Part shown: positions 41,183-55,225 of the stretch, piece after piece
Layout of the letters: each line of letters starts with the position of its first letter
How positions within the stretch are numbered: position 1 is the stretch's first letter
From: Mesotaenium endlicherianum
Lineage: Eukaryota
Length of the DNA: 64,000 bases
Direction of reading: 5' to 3'
Assembly: GCA_009602735.1 (NCBI GenBank)
Contig: WELA01001056.1
Coordinates: 1-64,000 of the forward strand
The notes under the pieces: model-generated
Told to the model about the DNA's origin: nothing
Seen by the model: the letters and a program-made list of their open reading frames with translations, nothing else
Database searches by the model: none
Program-made: the position numbers and the translations under genes

Positions 41183-43710
41183 ACGCGTGCAGGTACAGCT
41201 GCCCGTACTCGGGGTGCAAGCGCAACAAGGACCACCGCAAGTTCCAGCCGCTGAAGACGATGCTGTGCGTGAAGAACCACTACCGGCGCAGCCACTGCCC
41301 CAAAATGCTCACGTGCTCCAAGTGCCGCAGCAAGAAGTTCTCCGTTGTGGCCGACCTCAAGACACACGAGAAGCACTGCGGGCGCGACAAGTGGCAGTGC
41401 TCCTGCGGCACCACGTTCAGGTGCGCGCGCGCTTGTGCACTTGCCCCCCCCCCCCCCCCGCCNNNNNNNNNNNNNNNNNNCCCCCCCCCCTCCCCCAAAT
41501 TCTGCCGCCTGGGGTTCTTGCCCCCTGCACGCCCCCCCTTGCAACAGATTGCGCTACTGGTTTATCCTGCAGCTGCTCTGCTGCCATTTGATCGGGGACT
41601 CAGCACTCTGCTCGCATGCTGCCTCGCCGCTTCGCGACACGCATACGAAATGTGCGTGTGTTGTAGCCAGTGGGTGCCGCGCGTTCCGGTTGTGCATCTT
41701 TTCCTCGGCACTCGCGCGCATTCTGCAACCCGCCTGTGAGCAGGCCTGTGAGCAAATCAGCGTGCCGGCATATTGAGGTGGAAGAGGAGGAGAGGGGCCA
41801 GCCCTTTGTGCTCCCATTGCCCCTGGAGCCCTGAGATTTCTCACCCGCCCTGGCTGGCGTGCTTGACCCTCTCGCCAGCAAGCGTGCGAGCGAGCGTGAT
41901 GCGCCGGAGCGGGGAGTGTGTCTGAAGAGCAAGGGGTGGTGGCTCTCTGACGACGTGCATGTGCAGCCGCAAGGACAAGCTGCTGGGCCACCTGTCGCTC
42001 TTCACGGGACACACGCCCGCCATGCCCCTCCATGTCATGGAAGGCCTCGCCAACTCTGCCGCTGCGGCAGCAGGCAACACCGGCGGCAGCAGCAGCAGCG
42101 GCGGCGGTGGCGGTGGCGGTGGCGGTGGCGGTGGCGGCAGTGGCCGGGGCGGGGTCTCTGCCAACGACAGCTCCTCCCCCTTGCCGCTGCTGTTGACTAA
42201 CAGAAACTCGTCGCCATCGGCCCAGCCCCAACCCGAACCGCAGCCCCACCCTCATCCCCACGTCTCTGGGGGGGGCACCAATGCAACGCTGCTCCGCGGC
42301 ACCCCCCCGCAGGACGGTCTCGCAAGCGACCCCGCCAGCCGCAGCGGCCCTCTTTGCAACAGCGACGGCAGCCTGCGGAACAACGACATCATCAATTCCA
42401 ACACCAGCGGGGCTGAGCCTGGGGCTGGGGGTGGATTGCACCTGCAGCAACACCACCACCACCACCACCAGCAGCAGCAGCAGCAAAATGGAGTGGCGGG
42501 GTACAACTCCAGCCAGGGGCACAGGACCCTGAGCATGCTGCTGGGCCAGGGCGAGCCGCATCCCCTCGGGCACCACGCCTACAGCCACAGCCAGGGCCAG
42601 GGTCAGAGCCAGGGCCAAAGCCAGGGTCAGAGCCAGAGCCAGAGCCTGGGTCAGCAGCAGCAAGGGAGCCTCCTCCTCCTGGGCCAGAGCCAGGGGGGCC
42701 AGGGCCAGGGCCAGGGCCAGGGCATGGGCTTCTCTCACAGCCGCGGGGCAGGCCTGGGCGGAGGTGCGGGCAGCTTTACAGCAAGCCTGGGGCTGGACGA
42801 CACGCACACCCACATGCAGCAGCAGCAGCAGCATTCAGGTGGCAGGCTGCAGGGCCTGGGACAGCTGGCAAATGGAGCAGGCCTCTCATTGGGGGACGCG
42901 CAGAGCCAAGCGCACTCAAGCCAGCAGCAGAGCTTCAGCCGCCAGCTGGGCCTCAGTGCTGGCGGCGCCTTTGGAGGGGCGGGAGGAGGGGGGTTCATGG
43001 CGGTCAGCCACACTGACGGCAGCAACCTGGGCAGGCCCCTCCTTGGCACTGGGCTCTCTCTGGGAGACACCCTCCAGCAGCACCAGCCACAGGTAGAATG
43101 TCTCCTCTTGGCAACAAGAATGCATGCGCGCCCTCTTGTTGGCCGGCACGTGCGTGTGCAAGTGCTCCTGTGTTCATGTGCGTGGCGTGCGTGCGCACGC
43201 GTGCATGCGCGCGTATGCATGTGCGCCTGTGTGTGCGTGCACGTGTGTGCGGTTGCGCACGAGTGTGCACGTGGTGCGAGTGTTGGCGTGCTACTGCTGG
43301 CATAGTCTGGTGTATGTTTGTCTGAGCTCGTGCTCAATCTGAGGAACGCTCCAGCCACTAGTGGGACAGCTCTGCATGACGAAGAGGCAGTGGAGGGGCA
43401 AGGTAAGCAGGCAGGCTCCTCCCAACGACCCCATTCAACCAAAATCTGCAATGTGCACCAGAAGTGATTCGGGCACCTTTACCTGCGGTCTGTGAAAGTC
43501 ACCGTCTGTTTGATGCCCCTGTGATCTGTGTGGCAGCACCATCAGCACCATCAGCACCAGCAGCAGCAGCAGCAGCATGGTGGGCAGAGGGGAGGACAGC
43601 AAGTCGGCGACGCTGATGTGGCCGAGCGTTTCAGCGCCCAGTTTCCGGGGCCGGGCTTATTGCACGGCCTCTTCCCCACAAGCTTTCTGCAGCCTCGCCC
43701 CCCCTCTTAG
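37682..43710 (+). CDS. STOP1: STOP1/ART1-family C2H2 zinc-finger transcription factor (7 coding exons, ~835 aa)
   Basis: Exons 37682-37849, 38533-38829, 39018-39289, 40269-40511, 41193-41420, 41967-43092, 43537-43710; all GT-AG with compatible phases. Motifs: [109 protein letters not shown], and an N-terminal LQQKI..LQ.LV motif. The low-complexity exons are less certain. Confidence 0.9.
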
Positions 43711-45089
43711 AGCACTGTTAGGTCCTTCGACGCCGCTCCCATTCCCCCCCCCCCCTTCGGGAAGAGCTCCTGGCGCGGGCTTGACTTAACCCACTAAGCC
43801 CCCATTTTACAGTGATTTGCCTGTGCAAAGGAGAGAAGGGGCAGTACCGCCTAGTCCCCCCTTTTAAAATGATTTTCCTGAAGCTATGAAATATGCGAAG
43901 GAGAGAAGGGGCAGCAGTGACAGTTCGCCCAGAGACTCTTTTGCCCGGCCTGCCTGCATCACCACCACCAGCAACAGCAGCAGCGGCAGCGGTTGTTGAC
44001 GCCATGAATGGAAAGAAGGTTGTCGTTGCAATGATGGCACTTGTTAGTCGCTGATCGCAAGAAGAGACTGGGCTAAGGTTTGTGTCCCTGCCTGTCGGCA
44101 CACGTGCCAATCACACGTCCGGAAGGTTGAGCGAGATTGTGAATCTTGCAGATGCCTCGGGGGCGCACTTTCGCAGGTTGTTGAGCTTATGTAGTTTTGT
44201 GTAAATAGGGGCTTGAAAAGCAGTGTTTGGCTAGCCTAGTTATCTTTCATATATTAGTCTGAACTAGACCCCTTGTGGTTTTGTCTATTGTTCTAGTATA
44301 GCAGGTACGTTGCGAAGGAGCTTATGCACTGCTTCAGATCTGAGTTGGTTACCCTGGCACTCCCGTGCCTGTGAATGGCGTAACATAATGAGATGTGGAG
44401 CAGGATGACTCGCATATAGTTGCTATGTGGATAAGTAAGCCTTGGGGCAAGCAAGCAAGCACGTTATGACATATCAGCAGAATAGCATAAATCGCAAAAT
44501 AGTGTAGCGCGTACGCAATATAGACGCCATGCATGGACATTGGCCGCAAAACATCTACTGCAACTTGATTTCACATGCGCTTGTCCTGCTTGTGATTCAT
44601 TGCTGCTGCTGCAATTCTGGGCACATAGACAGATACATTGAAGCAGTTAGCATTCAGGCAAGGCATGTGCAGGCTTACTTGTTTTTACTGGGCTACAGGC
44701 TCATGCAACTGCACGAGGCATTTGGGCTTTAATTGTCAAGGCAAAGGCCCTTCTACACTGTAGTTATCAACAGGCACCTGCCTACTGGGTGGCTCCATGA
44801 CACTTTTAGGCTACCCGGAGTATAGGCACCAGATAGCACTTCTATAGCGGCAGCACAGGGTTAGCAAGTTCAACTTCAACAGATCAAAATTTTAGTACAT
44901 CCCTTCCACTCTTGCTTTCATTCAAATTTGAATGCAGATGGATGGAGGTCAAGTTAGACCTGAGACAGGTGTTCTGAATGCAGATGTGACAGCTGTGCCC
45001 GCCCACATCCCATCTTCCGCAATGCCTGGTCCACATTCACCTTCTCACAGCCACGAGCGTGCAAAAGAAGCACAACCTCGTCTGCGTGT

Positions 45090-48000
45090 CTATTGCGGAG
45101 AAGCGTTAGGAAGAATACTCCTTCCCGCATATTCAGCTCTCTCGCCGAGCTTTTCTTCGACGCGCAGGAGCTGCGCAGACAGGCGCCCCCATTCGATCCG
45201 AGCTTTGCCAGCAACGTAAGAAACTCAAGGAGAGGAAATAGCCGGTCACTGTGCAGCCAGACAACAGGAGCATGGTAGCCCTAAGACTGGCCAAAGAAGT
45301 GAGCGAACCAGTACTATCAGTACAAGCACACCCCAGGGAGTCGATAGAAGCTGACCGGCCATATCAGAACCACTTCAATACACACGTCTGAATCCATACG
45401 CCTCGCCAAGTGCAGCCCGAGAGCTAAACAAGTAAGCAAAGACTCCCAGTTGAGCGAGGGCAACAGATACCACTGGCACTGAGCGTTGGCTACAGCAGCC
45501 ATGCACATCGCGTCCTGCACCGTACATTCGGCACTCGATCTCTTCAAAGAAGGAAATATTCCTCACGTAAAAGTGCACATGCACCAAGGTAAAAGAGGGG
45601 GGGGGGNNNNNNNNNNNNNNNNNNNNNNNNNNNNNNNNNNNNNNNNNNNNNNNNNNNNNNNNNNNNNNNNNNNNNNNNNNNNNNNNNNNNNNNNNNNNNN
45701 NNNNNNNNNNNNNNNNNNNNNNNNNNNNNNNNNNNNNNNNNNNNGGGGTAGGGAGGGAGGGGGGAGGGGGGAAAGGGCGATGGCTCGCCACGTGAAGAGC
45801 ACCATGAGGGGAGTGCAGGGGCGGACATGCGCTACGACAGTACCTGGTTGAACTTGGCCAGCAGCTCGCCAGCAGGGCATGGTGCGCTGCTCTGGATACA
45901 ACCTGCCGCCAGCCCCACCGCAAGATCTGCGATCCAAGCGTCCTCGGCCTCCCCGCTCCCGAGGGCCGCCACGACGCCCCAGCCGGCGTCCCTGGCCAGC
46001 TTCACCGCCTCTAAGGCCTCGCTGACTGTTCCCACGTGGTCCATCTGCGATGCATAAATGTACAAGACTACTTTTTTTTTTTTCAAATGTACTTCAACAC
46101 AAGTAAGTGAACACATTACATGTGTTTTTTATGGATATGACAGAGTCTACGTGCTGAATTAGTGAATTACTGAAGACACGCAACACACCAGCAGCAGCAC
46201 CTGGAGGCGGCAGCAGCAGCCGCGCCACCAGCAGCACCAGGAACAGCAACAGCACAGGAGCAGGCAGCAGCAGCAGCAGCAGCCGCCCCGATGATGCGAA
46301 GCGAGGAAGCAGGAGGGAGGTGAAGGCACATGTATTCACAAAGACCGCCGCAAACATGTCCTGGGCCTCTGAGGTGCGCCCCTTGAGCATGAGAGGAGAC
46401 CCATGCCAAGCTGCGGGGCTGCAGGGTCCGGGAGGTGAAGGCCAAGGTCTCCTTCAGTGCAGCAAGGCGATGCCTCCGTGGCGTCAGTGCAATCAGCCAA
46501 CAAGGCAGTACCTTTCCGTACGACTGACCAATGATGGGGACACACTGCTTTCATCCCGACATGCTGCTGAGAAGCAACGCACAAAGGCCCCCGCCTGAGG
46601 GAAGAGCAGAGAGGAGCAGCTTGGCCCCTTCCTGCTTGAAGGATGTCTGGCTTATGTCTAAGCACGGGAATCAGCAACCTCAAGTGGCAGAGCAGAGGGG
46701 CATTCTCACGCGCACACGCACACATGCAGTGACGTGCACGAGTGTGCAATCACACATGCGCGTGCACGCGCGCGCACGCACACGCACGTTCACACAGAGA
46801 CATGCACACACACACACACACACACCTTGAGAAATAGCGCGTTACAAGTCTTTCTCTCGATGGCCTGGGCTACCTTCTTGTGATCCCCCACCAGCGAGCG
46901 GTCCCCCACCACCTGCACGTGTGCCATGTGGCAATACGAGCAGAGGGCGCGGCCATGTCAGCAGCATGCAGGCTTAGGAACAAACGCGTCGCCATCGTGC
47001 AACAGCGAGACACGCAGTTGTTGCATTACCGGCACAAAGGATCACATCATGACGACGCGATCAAACGTTCAAACTGCTGCTCAGTGGCCCAATAGCCGCA
47101 CTTCTTGTGAATGACTGAACCCCCAAGCCCGAAATCCTGAAACCAATGTCACTGAAAAACACACATGACAGTGATATCATCCGCATCAGGTGTGTGTGTG
47201 TGTGTGTGTGTGTGTGGAAGGGGGAGCGGGAGGGGCAGAGGGAGAGGGAGAGGGGGGAGGGAGAGGGAGGGGGAGGGGGGGAGAGAGAGGGAGGGGAAGA
47301 GGGAGAGGGAGAAAGATTGCTATGCCTCGACGGGGGGCAGAAGAGGAGAAGCGGACAGGAAGGGGGCGGGACCTGGCAAAGGTTGAGGGCTGTCAGCGCC
47401 CTGGAGGCCTCATCAGAGCCCTCCTGCTCAAAGGGCGCCTCGATCGACACCACGGGATAGTCTGCACACACGCATGCAGTGAGACACACACACACGCAGG
47501 CACACGGACACACATGCAGGCACACGAACGCACACGCAGGCACACAGGCACACACGCAGGCATGCACGCACAGACACCCGAGTGTGAGTAGCATGACTAC
47601 CTGAAGAGTATTCTCCGGAGGAAGCACACAGCCTCAAAGTGCACGGCAGTCAGGCGAGCATCAGGACCAGCAAATACACGAGAGACATGGATGCTCACAC
47701 ACGAGAGACGCGGCGCAGAGCCTCCTGCACGCCGCGAGCGCGGCCCATCAACGCTCTCCACTCACGGCTGCCTCTGACCATCTCCTCATCCTGAGCTCCC
47801 ATAGACGTAGTTCCCTCGCTCTGAGCTGCGCTGCCTGAGCTGTCGCGCAGCCGGTTGTACTGTTGGAGCTCAAAACGGACGCCTTACATTTGCAAGGTAT
47901 GACATGCGGAGGGGACGTGGGCATAGGCACCAGCTCTTGATCAGACGCGCCTCATGGGAGGCGATCCCTTGGGGGAGCTATCAGGCGATTGGCTTTGGAG

Positions 48001-51000
48001 GGGGGAGCTGTCGGTCAACTGGCCTCGCGCAGACGATGAGAAGCAGGACGAGGTCAGCGTGTACCCCTACACTAGGAGAACGAGGTAGAGTAATTGGACT
48101 CTAGTCTGCATACAGAGCGGCCCTCTAGTGAGGGAGGCAGGCGCAGGCGCAGGCGCAGCGCAACTGCAGCCGCCGCAGCAGCTGAAACTAAGCTTGCTAG
48201 GAAGCATCGCCTCAGTATGTTTGATCAAGCGCGTGAGGGACAAGTGTCGACCCCTGCGGCTCTCCCGGCTTTTCCCTCGCCGCCCGCACCACTCTGATCC
48301 CCGTTTTTGTCCCCGCCGCCCCCATCTCCTCACAGTCGTTCTCTTTTTGTGAGCACCCTAGAGCCGCCTCACACTGTCACCTCCCTCCCACAGGCAGAGA
48401 GGCTGGAGTGCGGGCGGCAAGCTTTGCCCTAAGCCCAAAACGTCAACTCCCTAGGTCCAAAATTTCAAAATAAAAAGAGAAGAAATAACCAAACCGTAAT
48501 TTGATAAGCTCACCTGAGCAGAAGCTCCTGAAGATCTCCACCGTTTCTGCGACTGTCTTGCCGCGTGACCCATGGCTGCCCGCGTCCCTTGAGTCTGCGT
48601 CTGAACAGGTGGCAGCCCGCCCGACCGCCAACGCTCGCCCCCCCACGCAAACGGCCCCAGAAACTTGAGTGCCCCAAATGGACGAGAGCTTGCAAGATAG
48701 GGGTGGGGATGCAGATGCTGGCAGTAAAGAATAGCCCACCACAGATAATAGACAAAAAGTTGTGTCATCTTTTATCACTACATTTCGTAACATGCAGAAC
48801 ATAAGACAAAATAAATATATGCAAGTCTGTCCATCACAGTAAGGGGAGCCATCAGCAGGCTTCTCCTAGAGGGCCGATTTAGAACCCAGTCTACTGTAAT
48901 TTACTAGCATTCCCTTGTCCTTTACTTTTACATATTACTCCATCCTGCAAGTCTGTATGTGAGTAAATTAATACGGGAACACGACAGAACACACATGATA
49001 TAGAACAACACGTACGACACAGCTTCAGTTAGGATACAATAAGAAGCGCCCAAACATACTTCATCTGTACCTGGGGATGCAAGCCCCCCCCCCCCCGCCC
49101 CCTCCCCAATATGCACCCTGGCACAACGTGTCAAGATTCAAAAGAGAAGGAGCTTGCATCGACGCGCTTGAAAATACACCTGGCAGAGCAGCACACCCTT
49201 GCACACCACGTATGCACGCACGCACGCACGCACGCACCCACTTGCATGTGTGCACAGTGACACGCATGCCGGTCCAGATCAGCGTCGCACCTGTGGCGGA
49301 GTCGGGAGCAGCTGCCCCCAGGCTGACCTTGACGGAGTCGGCGAGCCCGGCCCTGGCAATGGCCTCCTTCACCAGGCCCAGGCCCTCCTTGGTGCTGCAG
49401 CACGCTCGGACAGACAGAGCGACAAGGAGGCAGCCTCCTGCGTTTCAGATTGTTTTCACTCTCACTGTCTCTGCCTCCCCTCCTTCCTCGCTCTCTCTGT
49501 CCCTCTTCCTCGCCCCCCCTTGAGCCCCCTTCCCCCCCACCCGTACGCCCTCATTACCTCCCTTCTTCACCCTTCCTCTCCCTCTCCCGCTCGCCCTCCA
49601 CCATACCCTGCCCTACCGCTCGCCTCTCCCTCTCGCCCTCCCTCCCTCCCGTCGTCACTCCCTCTCCAGCAGGCTGATGATGAGCAGGCAGCCAGCCAGT
49701 GGCGTGGACTGCCGAGCAACCCGACTGCCGGACTGCCGGACCGGGAATCGGGGAGTCAGATTTGAACGAGCCCAGAGAGCTACAGAAATTCAGCCAGCGA
49801 GAAGTGCTGGGGACAGGTGCTCGGATGCTGGAAAGGGTCTCTGCTGGTGGACCTGGATGGGTGCGTACGCCTCCTTCAAAGCGAACGAGATTCAGAAAAC
49901 AGCAGTTTTCAGGACTACCATGTATTTCCACAAGGTCCTGGAGGACGCAGGCCCAGAGCTCTTCATTAGATGTGCGTGTATGTGTTTGTGTGCAAGCGAG
50001 CAAGCAGGTGAGCGAGGGAGGGAGGGAGGGGAAGAGGGAGGGATGCAGGGAGGGGGGAAGAGAGGGAGGAGGACGTGCAGGTCCTGGCACCATCCATGTG
50101 GACTTTTGGTGGCCAGCATGGCCGTGATCCTAGACCCTCAACCACAAACCTCGCACTAAACCTTCTGGTGTCCTTCTCCTCAAAGGCCCGACAGCCTGTA
50201 CTTCGGACAGAGACAATGGAGGCCTTTCAAGAGACAGACAAACAGAGCATACAGAACAACACAGCTGTGAACAACACAAAGGCGTTGTAGAAATGAAGAT
50301 CCACTGATGCCAAGGAGGCACCAGGGGACATGGCTCGTCCTTGGTGTCCCCACCCACGCAGCTGGTGTCTCTGCTCTCTTCAAGCAATAGCCCCTGCCCT
50401 GAATGTATGCATGCTGTGACGGCTGATGCGATCCCACTTATTAGGCCTCAGACGCAGCGAGGAACATATTAGCAGTGCACGTCTGCAACCCAGTGGAATG
50501 TAAGAACACAGGAGGCCCCAGAATGAAGGAACACACTCAGGCCCACGTGCGCACGCGGACGCACAGACACGCATTCACAGACACACACACACACCCACCC
50601 ACACACACACACACACACAAAAGCACATTCTCATGCAGGCGCATAAGCAGGCACGTATACGCGCATGCACACATGCACGCTGACGCGCACACACAGACGT
50701 CCCAAACATGGATGGCTATGCAAGCACTTCAGAGAAGGCATTGCGTGCAAAGAAGGCGCGGCCGCACCTCTGAAGGCCGGGAGGCAAGCCGCCCTCGCCG
50801 CCAGTGCCGCCCGCGCCTTGCCCGTACTTCTCCCTCATCGCTGCCTGCTCAGCAGGGACCAGGAGCAGAGACAGGAGGAGCGGGAGGAGGAGGGGCAGCA
50901 GCAGGAAAAGGAGGAGTGGGAGAGAAGGAGGCGTGGGAGGAGGAGGAGCAGGAGGAGAAGGGGGAGGAGGAGGAGCAGGAGGAGAGGGGTGGGGGAGGAG

Positions 51001-54000
51001 GAGGAGGACGACGAGGAGCCTGGAAGACGTGATCAGACGGTCGAGTCAGAGCCTCCAGGGAAGCCAGAAGCAGCAGCAGCAGCAGCAGCATCAGCAGCCT
51101 CCTCTATAATCCAAGTAACAGCAGTGGGGCCCCTCAGGCAACAGCACCACCAGCACGTGTACATCCATGGAGATGCTTTGGCAGCGACCGAGACAGACAG
51201 GGGCGACTGACGATGCTGAAGCTGCTGCCTGCATCCTCGGCCAGCATGTGTTCTAAACACACATACTCACACACAATTTTCTGGACTTTGTCCCAACTAT
51301 TGTTGCGACTGTGCACAACCCCCAACCCCTAAACACACCCACATACACACACACGCACAGACGCACGCACGCACACAGGTGTTCTGTGAATATGCACAAC
51401 AGATCCACATCTGAAACTGTACAATCAAATTCAGAGCATTCGCAAGGCGCGCTCGGAACATCCCGGCAGTGCTGGCGCATGTGTGAGCAGGAGAGGAGGG
51501 AAGGAGCAGCGGGTAGGTCACCTGGAGGTGGTGGCGAGTCTCGGCCCCCATGCGCAAGGCCTCTGTGAAGCTCCTCGCTCCCACTGGCAGTATCATAATC
51601 TCCTGCCAGGTGGCACAGCGGTCGACAGTCAACAAGCTCCCGAGCTCTGCTGTTTGCCTTGCATGAGGAACCGGCAGCCCCTTGAAGGGCAACACAGATG
51701 AGGGGGAAGTAGGGGAAGCAAAACGAGCAGAAGAAGCAGAAGCAAAAGGAGAAGAAGAGGAGGAGACGAAGACGAGGAAGAGGAGGAGGAGAGGGAGACA
51801 AGGAGGAGGAGAAGGAGGAATTAGAGCGGCAGCAGTGGTAGAAGTATTAGTGTGTAGAGGAGGAGGAGGAGAAGGAGGAGGATCAAGAGCAGCAGGCGCA
51901 CGACGAGCAGAGGCTTGGTTTGGCCACATGCGGCTAACATCTGCGAGTTTATATTCAAGCGACTGACAAAGTTAAGATCCTATAGAGCCATAAAAAAAGT
52001 AGCATAGGCGGGGAAAGCTTTAAATTTAGGAGCTGAGCATACGGCAGGGAGAAAAAAAGGACCATAAAAATTAAGCCAATCACAAATCAAATTATCAGAG
52101 AGCTGGGTATATGTTAAAGTACCTGGATGGCGTGCTCGCTGCCCGCAGAATGGGGGCCGCTGCTGATGGCGCTGAAGGCCGGCACGGGCAGCACAAATTT
52201 TTGGTTGCCCGCCAGGTCGCCTATATGCTGGTACAAGGGCACCTGCGCTCCCCCATCCCCCGCTTTCCCCGGAATCCAAAATAGTTAGCTTACTTTTTCA
52301 TTACTGGCTGCTGGGATAAGAAGAGACAGCCAAGGAGCATGTGTGACCACACATCCAGCAGTGCCTCGGCATGCAGTCGGTGGTCCTCGCCCGCAATAGG
52401 GTTCTAAATAAAAGTTCTGAAGTTCAGGGTTTTCCTCAAAGTGCAGCTCACAGGCATAGCAGGCGAGCGCACCGCTTGCACGACAGGCATTCCAACACTA
52501 ATCCCCCCCACCCCCCCCTCCTTCCCCCCTTCTGCCCGNACAGGTTCGCATGCAGCCCCTGCACTCAGCCCCTGCAGCACAGCCATGTCTCCAGGAGGCT
52601 CCCTTGGCTCCCTCCGATGCCCTTGTCTTATACTGACCTCTTTCTCGGCCGCCCCGGCCTTGCAGACAGCCAGCGAGACCGCCATCATTGCACTGCTGGC
52701 GCCAACTTCCGCCTGCACTTCACAGATAGCAAATCCCCCCCACCGCCCCCGCGCCACCCCGCCCCACCCAGGCCGGACCCACCCCACCCCGGGGGAAAAA
52801 AGCAGCACAGAGAAGTACACAACATAGTGATTGGAGTGCGATCAGCACGTAAGTAGCCTGACAAAGTTCTAATCCTATGACAATTTGTCCGGTAAAATGT
52901 AACGTCCCCAGACGTCCCCCTGCATGAAGCAGCTGCCAGCTCGACGTGCCAAGGCATGCAGGCACATTCAGAGGGAGCTTCCAGGGCAGAAAAAGAAGAG
53001 CATCATTCAAGTCGCCATCAGAAGCTAGGCTGAACCCTACTGTCAAACCCCAGGCTACAACCCCAGGTCTCAGACCTAGGCTTAAACCCTAGATCTCAGT
53101 CAAGCTCATGGCATGAGAGGAACTCCAATGTGCACGCAGGAGGCTTGCAAGTACCTCGATGGAGCTCTTGTCGAGCTCTGCCCTCATCAGCCTGTCGATA
53201 GAGCCCTGCTCCTTGGGGTCTTTTCCCACCAGAGCCGGTCCAATGACCCCGTTCACATGTGCAACCGCCTCCGCGACCCCCTTTTCAATTAACCTGCTCT
53301 TCTCATCGTCGCCCCCCCGCTCCCTTGGCTCATACCTGCCAGCATGAATATTTTATTTTGTCACGATTGCATTTATGGTTAGTATTACAGTGGTTTCAAA
53401 ATCTTATACTATAGTACATAGCAATATTTAATTTCACAAGTTATTCAATTAATTTATTTTCATTTCAAAGATACCTTATTAGATTCTTGTGCATCTTTGC
53501 CGAGGTGAGAAGGCGAAGCTGACAGACGAGCGAGTAGCAGGTGCACGCATAGCAGACGAGTGATTGCTTCTTCGGGTGCATGCATGACCGACAACAGTGC
53601 ATCGCTGACAATCGCTTCGTCAGGTGCATGCATGACCGCATTTCCTTCCCTAGGCTCAAGAATATGTGGTCGTCAGGCGTGTGGTCTGCTAAGGCTGCAC
53701 AGGAGTCCGGTGTGATAAATCTTGTTATTAATCTACTCAGAAGAACCTCAAGCGCAATAGAGGAATCCGTGCAAATCTCTGCAGATTGACCCATAGTATC
53801 TGCCAAAGTATTGGAAAGTCCGTCACTGACTCGTATGCAACGCTGTTTGACATTTATGCTCCTCATTGCCACGACATTTTATGACACTAGGCTCTGCCTG
53901 GGTGTCATAGAACCGGATCTGACTCATGTGCCATGCTCTTCGACATGTATGCTCCCCATCGCCATGCCCTCTTATGACATCTGTTATGTATATATCCACA

Positions 54001-55225
54001 CAAAAACACACACCATACACATACACGCATATACACACACATACGCACACACACAAACACACACACACATGTACACAAACATTCATTTTCACAACAGATA
54101 CGTAGACGTGATCAATCATGTATTCCTACCACGTGAGAGCACTTTCTGTGCCAGGGGTCAAGTAGATCACAACACATGGAGATAATTGACATAGGTCCTC
54201 AAGCATCATTTGTGCCGTGATTGGACTAGCAGAGAAAGTCCTTCAGATACAGCGGCCTTCATTCCAAAGAAAATATATCGCTGGGAACTCACATTTCTGA
54301 AGATGCCCCACTTGGGGCACTTGCTCGGTACATGCCCTTTGATGTGTGTAGGTCAACTTCCACCGCTGGATTGCCTCCATGGTCAAATATCTGACGGGCG
54401 TGGATCTTTGTTATCACTGACGGATTTGTCTTGGCCAAGTACTTGGCCTGCATACAAAAAAAAGAATGCAGAAATCAGATCTTCATGTGCTCATCATACA
54501 CTGTCACTGCTCCTTCTTGAGGGGAGGTAGTGTGGCAAGTACACCAGGCGGGGTACATTATTCCATCGCCTACATCCATGAGTCTTGAAGCCAAGCACAC
54601 TAGATTTTAAGTACATGCAGACACTTGTCTTTTTTCATGCATATTTCCCCGAATATATCATGACTTGGCTAGGCATGACGTTGCCCATTTCATGTCTGCC
54701 GTTTCTTTCAGTCGCATACGAGCATTTGCCCTGGACGAACAGAAGACAACCATGCTTTAAGAGAAATGCTTCTACTGCTGAGTTCCTTCGTGCACCTCAT
54801 TGTATCTGTCCACTTTCCACCTTCTATCCTAAACAAAGTTCTTGGCGTCCTCCATCTGTCTGAAATTAGTTATTATCTGCTTCAGTGCATCTTTTTACTG
54901 GAACATAATTAGAAAGAGCCTCTCATGGTACTGCAAACTGTCATAACCGGGCTGAAGAATTCTGTCTGGTTTAATAAAAACTTAGTCACATAATCCAGAA
55001 ACAAGAACATGTAAGCAGGATTCTTTGCATACGCTAGCTTCAAAGAAGAATCCAATGAAGCAATGTGATTTGCAACGAAAACAGAAGGCATACTCTTCCG
55101 TAGAGGATTCATTAGCTTACGATGTAAATCACCGGGTCGTCGGCTTTTGCTCGGACAGCTGCATTTACAGATTCGCCAAGTCGAGCATTTAATTTATGCT
55201 TATCCAGGTACTCTTGAACAGACAT
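45090..55225 (-). CDS. ENO3: ENO3-type enolase-like protein with N-terminal dimerization/docking-like extension (13 exons, ~480 aa); probable pseudoenzyme
   Basis: Exons 55225-55121, 54447-54293, 53335-53155, 52712-52638, 52242-52123, 51602-51522, 50844-50768, 49394-49291, 48600-48514, 47461-47373, 46912-46826, 46044-45844, 45170-45090. All are GT-AG with matching phases, totalling 1443 nt. Peptides: [91 protein letters not shown]. Confidence 0.92.

Noticed and set aside
50290..50400. Candidate enolase exon [20 protein letters not shown]
   Set aside because: It has no compatible donor. The exon at 50768-50844 ([22 protein letters not shown]) fits both homology and phase.
53030..53095. Telomere-like AAACCCT(A) variants in an ENO3 intron
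   Set aside because: Only a few degenerate, non-tandem units; not enough to call an interstitial telomeric repeat.
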